Virus record (IMG/VR): IMGVR_UViG_3300030012_001663
Span: 31,397 to 95,396 of that record
Direction: 5' to 3' (one strand)
Origin: a virus
DNA: 64,000 bases
Below are positions 56,501 to 64,000 of the stretch, piece after piece. Numbering within the stretch: the stretch's first letter is position 1; each line of letters opens with the position of its first letter. The translations under genes and the position numbers were made by a program. The notes beneath the pieces were generated by a model. That model was given only the letters and a program-made list of their open reading frames with translations, was not told the origin of the DNA and did not search any database.

Positions 56501-58836
56501 GTATCTGTAGCATCACTTCTTAAGTAAGACGAACCTTGAACACCATCTAATAAGTCTGCATCTAAACCTGAACCAGAGCCATCGTTACCAGTGTTCCATA
56601 ATTTATATTCAGTAGCTTGAACATAACCAGTAGGTGCTGATGTACTGCCATTATTTGAATCAAATGGTGTTATACTACCATCACTTATATGACCTGTAGC
56701 AGTTAATTCTGAAAATTGACCAACTCTAACATATATATCTGTAGCAGATGTACTAACATCTACTTGTCCTACTTCATCAACAACTTCATCTGTGGCACTA
56801 GCATTATAATAAACTATATCATAATTATTGTCATTATTAAATTGACCAACAATTTTACCAAAAGCAGGTAAAGTTCCATCACTATATGAACTGCTTCTAC
56901 CTGCTAATTCAATTATAAACCTTGATGATTGGCCTCCGCTAATTCTAGCTATTCTATAATATTGATTACTAGAAGATGCTGTATTTTGTAAAGCCCTCCA
57001 ACTGTGAAAGCTATTATTACCATCACTTGAAAAACCATCATCTGCCTGTAATACTCCTTCTACAGTTATATCACCTTCAAATGTACCACCAGCTTTCAAT
57101 ACGTATCTATCATCGTGAGTATGACTGTTATTTACAACTTGAGCAGAAAGAGTTACATTTGCTGATCCGTCTAAAGTAACAGAACCGTTTAAATCTCCAG
57201 ATAAAGTTATAGTTCTACCAGTTGTCCAAGCATCTGCGTTAGGGTGATAATTATCTGCAAAAACTCTTTGGCCTGTCCCCCATGTACTCCCATTCCAAGC
57301 ACCTTTCCAAATATACATTTTTGGATCACCTGTGTTTTGGCCTTTATGAAAAGTAATTGCATTGGGTCCACCAGCGGAACTATCTGAATAAGTGTCAAGG
57401 GCAATCATATCTAAATATGATCCTCCTTGATTTCCTGTCATACCGTTAAATGTAGTAAAGAAAGGTCTTATTGCTTGAACTCCACTAACAATTCCAGTAG
57501 CACTTGGTTTTACATCTCTGTCATCAGTTGAATCTAATCTATGATGAAAGTGACTATCATCTGCTACTTGTCCTGATAATGTTACGTTTGCAGAACCATC
57601 TATAGATACAGATCCACTTAAGTCACCTCCTAATGTAATAGTTCTGGCAGTTGTCCACTTATCTGCATTCGGATGATAACTATCATGAAAAATTTTATTA
57701 TCATAACTTGTACCATCACCTATATAAAGACTTCCAGCATTATTCATCAACCATTTTTCATTTGAAGTACCAAAAGTTGATGTACCAGTATTACCAGCTG
57801 CAAGCATTATAGGACCAGTTCTCATAAAACCTTGAACTTGAAGTTTTGCAGAGGAACTTGCTGATATTTCCCCACCTAGATTTAATTGAGTACCTTCAGT
57901 TTCTACATCTTTTCTTAAATATCTTGTGTCATGGTTATGTGAAGCTGGAGGATCACCTATTGCTGCTGCCCCAATATCACTACGTACTTGAGCTGCAGAT
58001 CTAGTTTTAATTACTCCACTATCACTTGTTAAAAATACAGATGCAGCAGAACCTAAAGCACCAAGAGTATATAAAGTTGTACCTGTAGAATCCCATCCAA
58101 TTCTTCTTGTACCTCCTGTAGAAATATCTACATGATCACCAGCAGAACTATAAATACCTGTATTAGTATCATTAGCGTTTACTGAATGTCTTCTACCAAA
58201 GTTAATTGCTGGTATTGCTTCTGTTCCTGGTGGAACCTCTATATAAGAATTATTAGTAACTTGTAGTCCTACAAATTTTACAAAAGTAGTTCCTCCATTA
58301 CTTGTAATTTGTAAAGGTGTTGTATTATCACTATCATGTATATAGGTACCTGTACTACTTTGAAATATTCTACTAGTAACAAGATTATCATTAGATGAAA
58401 ATACTGGAAGTCTTCCTGTGTTTCCTACACCTGTCCTGGTAACTACTGTATTACCGCCTATAGTTAAAGAAGAAAATGCACCTGCCTGAGCATAAATAGA
58501 GCGCCATTTATAAGATGTGCCACCTAAGTCATAACCTAAATCAACAGAAGGCTGTAAATGTTGATTAAATAACCATGAATTTCTAGCATCATTCCAAACT
58601 ATAGTATAGTCAGATCCACCTTTAAGAGTTATACCTCCTCCATCAGCTGTTGTATCTGATGGTGTACTTACTTGACCTATAATAATATTCTTATCTTCTA
58701 CAATAAGATTCTGTGTATCTAAAGTAGTAGTTGATCCGCTGACAGTTAAATCACCGCCAACAACAACATCTCCGTTACTTGTATAAGTATCAGATGTAAG
58801 TAATAGATGTCTCTTTGATGATGTAACTGTTGCCAT
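53566..58836 (-). CDS. Long tail fibre with C-terminal peptidase S74 intramolecular chaperone
   Basis: SDERLKDNV...GVIAQEVEEVIPE...VDYEKL...EAVKEL. Repeated WTTARTITL/DGSANVTL and WHAGNDGxxSGLDAD modules. Confidence 0.88.
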   Translation of the reverse strand: MATVTSSKRHLLLTSDTYTSNGDVVVGGDLTVSGSTTTLDTQNLIVEDKNIIIGQVSTPSDTTADGGGITLKGGSDYTIVWNDARNSWLFNQHLQPSVDLGYDLGGTSYKWRSIYAQAGAFSSLTIGGNTVVTRTGVGNTGRLPVFSSNDNLVTSRIFQSSTGTYIHDSDNTTPLQITSNGGTTFVKFVGLQVTNNSYIEVPPGTEAIPAINFGRRHSVNANDTNTGIYSSAGDHVDISTGGTRRIGWDSTGTTLYTLGALGSAASVFLTSDSGVIKTRSAAQVRSDIGAAAIGDPPASHNHDTRYLRKDVETEGTQLNLGGEISASSSAKLQVQGFMRTGPIMLAAGNTGTSTFGTSNEKWLMNNAGSLYIGDGTSYDNKIFHDSYHPNADKWTTARTITLGGDLSGSVSIDGSANVTLSGQVADDSHFHHRLDSTDDRDVKPSATGIVSGVQAIRPFFTTFNGMTGNQGGSYLDMIALDTYSDSSAGGPNAITFHKGQNTGDPKMYIWKGAWNGSTWGTGQRVFADNYHPNADAWTTGRTITLSGDLNGSVTLDGSANVTLSAQVVNNSHTHDDRYVLKAGGTFEGDITVEGVLQADDGFSSDGNNSFHSWRALQNTASSSNQYYRIARISGGQSSRFIIELAGRSSSYSDGTLPAFGKIVGQFNNDNNYDIVYYNASATDEVVDEVGQVDVSTSATDIYVRVGQFSELTATGHISDGSITPFDSNNGSTSAPTGYVQATEYKLWNTGNDGSGSGLDADLLDGVQGSSYLRSDATDTFTNLVGGTLEFDKLVYDWTAGSVAPIIELKGATSYGIFYHEGSPDAMKFSTSGNTNYELAFSSSGITHKGNTIWHAGNDGALSGLDADKLDGQHGTYYRGGAGLGQNINYVASSTSTSNRGNHGQGVWAYSGYSSGSNRPFTYDATLQVMPTTSLGFELSTGWHSSDEGKLKIRALRDCCEGWGTYHDVWTSANFSQTTIDEWNTASNNHITGIAVTGTSTKTITLTQNDGGTISANFTDNSGSAAEADTLATVTGRGASTTTSCTFNTITMNTPVVGSSNKIKFANNDFIRFDDANGVGRFHFDCDGSTNNASLQAATFVGALSGNASTASSAAKWTTARTLTLNGDVSGSVSWDGSGNATLTTVVANNSHQHSKLYEESTISYGGSYLQWMDQSGSGGTGQNGSTPGNPFSDWFHHLIMNHGNSNGYYVDIAACFHSDDIYFRRNVSGSLSSWREFIHTGNIGSQSVSNADTVDSLHASDFLRSNADDGVSAGVTYTWAATDTQGLVFENSSYNKKLYIGGWTTSNSAGISRIRNSNDNLHIDAGRDGHLYLNHYCTGNVYIRGNTAWHAGNDGSGSGLDADRVDGFEATRFFRRTGKTSANVGPGWMTVAENTSNRQAGEIIVTDGDSGDHSYIRIEWMRSYADSHYTVLNTGGHSNRITGVRVLKDGDQTYGNKKLQVYVTVASTYEVNVYEQGDIDDFGSHTAVTPVIQNSILGYSTQGSTYENLDTYAFSVDQGVQGQNIRSAGNVDGTNFRDKDNTSYSLTPSSGTTGYWQVNTPSGNVQIGAQNTSYAHFQTDRARFYFNKEVQVDGGVIRSHNEDLQLGRAGTSDKIQIRTTTIGFFLDGAEDMRLENDGDLHVERDVIAYSSTISDERLKDNVLTIDGALDKVCKLRGVEYTWNKGSRKDQRDIGVIAQEVEEVIPEVVREKKMPLLDESEELYKTVDYEKLTAVLIEAVKELKAEVADLKQQINEK

Positions 58837-60576
58837 TTATCTTAATCTTTTTCTAGTTATTTTAAACTTAATATTTGAATTCTTTGCAGCATCATGCATA
58901 CTACCATAAGATACAAATAAAAACCCTTTATTCCCAATATAATAAGGTGCCATATCAGGTTGACCCGTTGCAGTAAACTTAACTCTTAACTGTGTTCCTG
59001 ATGTTCCAAAGGTATGTGACTCATCACTTGTTCTATCAAATGTTTCCCATGTACTACCATTATCATTAGAAACATATACTGTTAAAGTGCAACCACTAGG
59101 TACCTTAAAATTATTAGAATTACCTACATAAACTTGATCTATATTTGCACTATTAGCAAGAGTAAAAGTACCAAACACAGCTTCCCAATTTCCTATAAGT
59201 TGATTTGGATAATCTGTTTCTTCCCATATTTTAAATGAATGACCATCATTACTATAACCCATTTGTATCCAATAGTTAGTACCATTAGCAGATGACATTA
59301 AAACCATAGGAGAACCATAATCAGATCTATATGATCTACCTCTGCCACCTGTTGTTGTATCCTCAGTAATATTATCATGTCTTAAAACTATAGCTGTTTG
59401 TTCATTTTCAAAATCTACAAAACCTCTAATAGTAGCCCATCCTCTATCAGGTGATGTAACACAATGACTTGGGTATCCAGGTAACTTATCCATAGGTGTA
59501 CCTGTTGTTTTTTGATATTTGTTACCAAATCTAAAGTTTACTGGTACTTCAAAATTGTTTGCCCAATTATTAAAAAACTCAACTCTTTTTTGAATTGTAG
59601 GTGGATTACCAGAAAAACATGGTGTAATATCCATTTTAAGTAATCTTGAAGATCCTCCGGTACAAATAATATTAGGTGCATTTACTGGATCTTCTATGAA
59701 TAAACCTTGTTCATAACCATCATCTCCTTCACCTGCATCTGCTACATCACACCAAATAGTTCTTGGTGATGCTGAAGATGCATCTTCTACTACTGTAAAC
59801 ATAGCATTATAAAATGGGAACCAAAATACTCTATCATTTACTTCATCATAAAATAAAGTATGTCTGTATCCATTTCTATCTATTGGTGATGTTCCTGATT
59901 TATAAACAGAAGAGCTTGTCATATCAAGTATTTCTTCTGTACCGGATACAGTCCTTCTCATTAGTTTTTTATAGTGACGTGCATTATGTTCTCCTGCATA
60001 TATCCATTGTCCTGCTGCAACAAGACCGCTTGTATATGAATTACCAACTCTTCTTATAGTAGAGCCAGATGTATTTGAACTGCCTATAAAATATTGTGGA
60101 TTAGAATGAGATGGTCTAGCATCTTTAACAAATGTTGTACCTCCATTCAAACAACCACTATAATCAAATGTTGTATAGCCATTTACATTATAAGTCATTA
60201 CAACACCTTTTTTATTTATTTTATCTATAGCTACAGATTGTAAGTGATTATATGTAGCTGAGGTGTCTCTATAAAGAAATTGGGTTTCTTGAAATATTTT
60301 AGTTAGAGTTCCATCATTATTTAATCTTCTACAAGCAAACCCATCTCCCCAACCTACTGTAAATAATAAATCACCATCTATTTCATAACCATTAGGAAAA
60401 CCAATTACTCTATCACCTCCATCATATTCACCACTACTAGAACTTGTATGTAAATTAGACATACCACCTTTAAATACAGGTATAAGACCAAACTGACCTC
60501 TAGAGGCAGCTATAGCACAACCTGTAAGTGACAAATCATTGCTATTATCTAAAAGTACTGTCTTAAAGTTAGCCAT
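58837..60576 (-). CDS. Putative tail receptor-binding protein, beta-propeller-like
   Basis: 579 aa, rich in short beta-strand repeats. C-terminal VYVSNDNGSTWET Asp-box-like motif. Confidence 0.5.
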   Translation of the reverse strand: MANFKTVLLDNSNDLSLTGCAIAASRGQFGLIPVFKGGMSNLHTSSSSGEYDGGDRVIGFPNGYEIDGDLLFTVGWGDGFACRRLNNDGTLTKIFQETQFLYRDTSATYNHLQSVAIDKINKKGVVMTYNVNGYTTFDYSGCLNGGTTFVKDARPSHSNPQYFIGSSNTSGSTIRRVGNSYTSGLVAAGQWIYAGEHNARHYKKLMRRTVSGTEEILDMTSSSVYKSGTSPIDRNGYRHTLFYDEVNDRVFWFPFYNAMFTVVEDASSASPRTIWCDVADAGEGDDGYEQGLFIEDPVNAPNIICTGGSSRLLKMDITPCFSGNPPTIQKRVEFFNNWANNFEVPVNFRFGNKYQKTTGTPMDKLPGYPSHCVTSPDRGWATIRGFVDFENEQTAIVLRHDNITEDTTTGGRGRSYRSDYGSPMVLMSSANGTNYWIQMGYSNDGHSFKIWEETDYPNQLIGNWEAVFGTFTLANSANIDQVYVGNSNNFKVPSGCTLTVYVSNDNGSTWETFDRTSDESHTFGTSGTQLRVKFTATGQPDMAPYYIGNKGFLFVSYGSMHDAAKNSNIKFKITRKRLR

Positions 60577-60730
60577 TCTGTAATTCTTGTATTTTGCTAT
60601 TAGCTTCTGCTAATCCAATTTTTAATAATATAATAAGCTGATCATCTTCATTTCTTTCTATTTCTATTTGAAGATCCTCTTCTCTATCAGCTTTAATTTT
60701 TTCCCAATATTCTAAACTATCTGCTTCCAT
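60569..60730 (-). CDS. 53-aa acidic helical peptide (not in ORF track)
   Basis: MEADSLEYWEKIKADREEDLQIEIERNEDDQLIILLKIGLAEANSKIQELQNG*. Overlaps both neighbours. Confidence 0.65.
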   Translation of the reverse strand: MEADSLEYWEKIKADREEDLQIEIERNEDDQLIILLKIGLAEANSKIQELQNG

Positions 60731-63700
60731 TATGTCACTGTTGTTTCAACCCAGAACTGATGATAGTTGAGGTTATTGTTACCACTTATTTCATACATAT
60801 AACTTTTATTCATGCCAGAATATATCAAAGTAGCTGATGACCTTGATAAACTTCCTTGACTAGCGTGTTCATGTTTGTATACATTATATGCTGTAACAAA
60901 TCTTGCATTACTGCTTGGTGGATCCCATTGTATATAAAACGCAGTATTTAAATTTACTACACTCATATTAGTTGGCTCAACCGGAGTTGTAACCGTATAT
61001 GTTATACTACCTGATAATGCATTAGACATTACTCCTGTCTTCATTGCATATACTCTGTATGCTTGAGCTCCAGAATCATCAAAAGAATCATCTATAACAC
61101 TCATAGTAGCACTCATTGAGGCAGGTTCTATTACAGAAATCAATGAATAATCACCACCATTAGCTGAACCAAATACTAGGTATTGATCTATATTTGATGT
61201 ACTTGATGCATTAAATGTTACATTTACTGTATTGTTTACTATACTTAAATTTAAGTTAGTTGGTGCACTCGGTGCAGTTACTGTAGTACCTTGTAAGTCA
61301 CTCCAAGATGCTGTTATTGTACCCCCGTCATTTTGATTTAATGTAAGGGTTTTTGTAGATGTACCTGATACAGAAGCACTAATAATCATATTATCATGTG
61401 CCTCATTCCATGTTGTAGAAGTACCACCTGTTGCAGCTATTACTCCATTAACAGTTAATCCATCATTTATATAAACATCACCTGAGCCAGATTGTAAGGT
61501 TAATTGATATGGATTTGCTGTTTGTATAAATCCGTTTGTATATAGTCTAATAGCGTCAGGATCATTAGTACCATGTATAGAAACATAATCTGTACTTGCA
61601 TTATCATCTGAAGGCACTAAGTGTAATACACCTTCATTTTGTTCATTTGGAGAAGCACTTTCAGATGTTTCATGCATTATATATCCAGGATCATTACTAT
61701 TAGTTCCTGCCTGAAAATATATATATGACTTATCTGTTGAAGAGTCTGCAAAAGTATCTGCTATACTTGTTGTACCATTCTCTGTATATATGTCTATTCT
61801 AGGATTATTACCCGTTTCTCCAACAAACAAATGATCAAAATGTCCTTCTGCCCATTTATTTGCATTTGATCCTAGATCATATGTAGAGTCTGCTGATGGT
61901 ATAATATCACCAGCAAAAGAACCAAACTGTGATACATAATTAGCTGTTGTTAAAACAAGTGCGTTAGTTGCGTGATTAGTGCTTGATCCAAATCTTAAAT
62001 CAGCAGAAGAATCAACTCCTAAGTATCTTGAGAAACCACTACCTGAAGAAGGAGACACAGTAAAGTTAATGCCTACTTGCATTGTAGAAGCGGCACTTCT
62101 TTTTACCGTTAAAGGATTTGCTATATTACCATCATCTACAACAGCACCAAGAATATTACCTTGTGGATCAAAAGTTCCTGTAACAGTAGTGTTTTCATTA
62201 AGAGTTATAGCACTACTTGTAATAGTCATTGAGTTAACTGTAGAGCCATTTGCCTGGAAGGCTATGCTACCAGTATTGTTGTCTAAAGTAAAGTTACCAG
62301 AAGTGTTACCTGTCATATCCACTTGCGTGTTAGACTGGTTCATACTTATTGACCCTTCAGATATTACATTACCACTTTGATCTACGGTAAATACTACGTT
62401 TCCTGCAGCGTATGTACTTGTATTAGATAGTATTTGGAATTCATGTGTATTTTCATCATTGTTAGCATCTACATAAAACCTATGTCCTTGATTAGATATA
62501 TAATTTATATAAGCAGCTGTGTTGTTTTGTATTTTATCTTTAGTATGTAAATTATCAAAATACCCATGTTGAAATCTAACACCATTAGTACCTATAGTAT
62601 GTGTAGAATCTGCATTAGTTCTAAGACCATTTATGGTTATATTATTATCTGTTACTGAGCCTCTTTCTACTACAGTATCTAATGTATCTTGTTCAGTAAT
62701 TCCTGCTATTGCATTATCTACATAAGTTTTATTTGCTGCATCTGTTCCTGCACTAACTGTATCTACACCTTGTATTCTACCTGTACCACCTAAAATAATA
62801 TCTCCACCACTTACAGTTATATCACCTGCAAAAGTTACAGCACCACCTCCACTAGTATTTATATCTGAAATATTTATTAATTCTAAATTATTGGTACCTG
62901 AAACTCTCCTAAAGCCATTTAAAAAACTGTTACCTGCATTGTTTTTAAACTTTAATGTTCCTCCGGCAAGAAAATTGTTATCAGATTGTATGTAGGAAGT
63001 GGCTTCTATATTGCCTGTAAAAGTTCCGTTACCACTAACTGTTAGTGAGCCATTTGGTATACTAACATCCCCATCATAACTAACTCTAAAACTTTCTGCT
63101 AAACCACTACTGTTACCAGACTCATCGCTTCCAATAGGAGCTGTATATACCACAAATGAACCAGCACCTTCTTTTGATATTGCGTTAGCATCTGCATCAG
63201 GACCAACCTGAGCACCTATACGTACTTGAGGTGTGAAATTTGCATTAGTATCAGTAAACTTAAAGTCTATAAAACTTTGTTGCTGTGATATATCATTACC
63301 AACGTTATTATCAAGTTCTAAAAAAGTAGTACCAGTTGAACTGCCAGATGTGTTTGTTGATAAACCAATTTCTAAAGCACCAGTCATTGTATCACCGGTA
63401 ACATTTACGTATCTTGTGTCAGCATCTGCTTGTGTTATACCAGAACCACCAGTAGATACACTACCATCAGCCATCAAGAACTGTGAAGATGTACCGCCTG
63501 ATTTTATAAACGAAGTAGAGGTCAGTCCTTGAAAAGTACCATTTCTATGTAACTCAACTCTTGTTGTTCCTGAGTCTTGTATTCTTAGCAAGTCATCATT
63601 ATCTCCATCTAATCCAGTGACGTTTATTCTAAAACCACTTGCATTATTAGTGGAGTTTGCAACTAAAATAGGACCAGCGTTACTTATACGTATATTACCA

Positions 63701-63999
63701 ATAAACTCATTAGTTCCAGTGCCATTTACATCTAAAACACCTGCAAACGTGGCGTCACCAGTAGCTGTTAGTGATAAAGCTATTACACTATTTGTGTCTG
63801 TATGTGTATTTTTAAACTGAAAACCTCTACCTGATACTCCATGGGTTGCCATCCAATCACTGTCAGCAAGTTTTCTAAATTGATTATTTGCATAAAAGTT
63901 ATTTTCAGTCCACACACCAGCTTCATTAATTCTAGACCTTCTTGTTCCATCGGTAGCTATTGATACTTGTTCTTTATTATTTGATGCATCATAATCTTC
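60730..63999 (-). CDS. Tail fibre with two C-terminal FN3-like domains, 5' end outside the window
   Basis: Frame stays open from 63915 to the right edge. Fibre repeats (DAANKTYVD, YVNVTGDTMTG); APSAPTNL and EPTNM FN3 starts. Confidence 0.8.
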   Translation of the reverse strand, partial: EDYDASNNKEQVSIATDGTRRSRINEAGVWTENNFYANNQFRKLADSDWMATHGVSGRGFQFKNTHTDTNSVIALSLTATGDATFAGVLDVNGTGTNEFIGNIRISNAGPILVANSTNNASGFRINVTGLDGDNDDLLRIQDSGTTRVELHRNGTFQGLTSTSFIKSGGTSSQFLMADGSVSTGGSGITQADADTRYVNVTGDTMTGALEIGLSTNTSGSSTGTTFLELDNNVGNDISQQQSFIDFKFTDTNANFTPQVRIGAQVGPDADANAISKEGAGSFVVYTAPIGSDESGNSSGLAESFRVSYDGDVSIPNGSLTVSGNGTFTGNIEATSYIQSDNNFLAGGTLKFKNNAGNSFLNGFRRVSGTNNLELINISDINTSGGGAVTFAGDITVSGGDIILGGTGRIQGVDTVSAGTDAANKTYVDNAIAGITEQDTLDTVVERGSVTDNNITINGLRTNADSTHTIGTNGVRFQHGYFDNLHTKDKIQNNTAAYINYISNQGHRFYVDANNDENTHEFQILSNTSTYAAGNVVFTVDQSGNVISEGSISMNQSNTQVDMTGNTSGNFTLDNNTGSIAFQANGSTVNSMTITSSAITLNENTTVTGTFDPQGNILGAVVDDGNIANPLTVKRSAASTMQVGINFTVSPSSGSGFSRYLGVDSSADLRFGSSTNHATNALVLTTANYVSQFGSFAGDIIPSADSTYDLGSNANKWAEGHFDHLFVGETGNNPRIDIYTENGTTSIADTFADSSTDKSYIYFQAGTNSNDPGYIMHETSESASPNEQNEGVLHLVPSDDNASTDYVSIHGTNDPDAIRLYTNGFIQTANPYQLTLQSGSGDVYINDGLTVNGVIAATGGTSTTWNEAHDNMIISASVSGTSTKTLTLNQNDGGTITASWSDLQGTTVTAPSAPTNLNLSIVNNTVNVTFNASSTSNIDQYLVFGSANGGDYSLISVIEPASMSATMSVIDDSFDDSGAQAYRVYAMKTGVMSNALSGSITYTVTTPVEPTNMSVVNLNTAFYIQWDPPSSNARFVTAYNVYKHEHASQGSLSRSSATLIYSGMNKSYMYEISGNNNLNYHQFWVETTVT

Positions 64000-64000
64000 A

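Noticed and set aside
1057-63820. Numerous short ORFs antisense to or nested in long genes (e.g. 5089..5676, 24016..24591, 50761..51231)
   Set aside because: Shadows of real genes with low-information sequence and no motifs.
1-64000. Stop-codon reassignment (TAG or TGA), known in some crAss-like phages
   Set aside because: Genes up to 13 kb are uninterrupted in code 11, coding density is near complete, and TAG/TGA end genes at sensible positions.
1-64000. CRISPR array, tRNA, rRNA, integrase/transposase, DGR reverse transcriptase
   Set aside because: No spaced direct repeats, cloverleafs or such protein motifs seen; intergenic gaps are short. By eye only, not tool-verified.

Overview
AT-rich 64-kb segment of a crAss-like (Crassvirales-type, phi14:2-like) phage, probably infecting a Flavobacteriia/Bacteroidota host. 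It uses standard code 11. On the minus strand, read right to left: tail fibres and adhesins (one with a peptidase-S74 chaperone), Cys-rich FN3/vWA structural proteins, a self-contained metallophosphoesterase cassette, IHF-like and tail-ring genes, and a 2030-aa tail stabilisation/muzzle protein with a vWA insert. These are followed by four internal cargo proteins (one with CHAP/NlpC-like and lytic transglycosylase domains), a 4426-aa zincin+RNA-polymerase protein (DFDID motif) and a 1913-aa partner with a PD-(D/E)XK domain. A plus-strand island (4.4-10.7 kb) holds a class Id-like ribonucleotide reductase (nrdB-nrdA) and a six-gene cell-envelope cassette. The left end has holin-like genes and many tiny basic peptides. 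Main observations: (1) by manual scan the two giant ejected proteins have one Cys each, at the facing C- and N-termini, suggesting a head-to-tail disulfide tether; (2) a recurrent xxxG(G)E motif at cargo domain boundaries and five times in an 83-aa peptide; (3) the OM-barrel/Trx-fold/lipoprotein envelope operon; (4) a repeated TTTGTATATTAT promoter-like motif, once inside a hairpin able to mask a start site. All assignments come from reading motifs by eye; no database searches were run.
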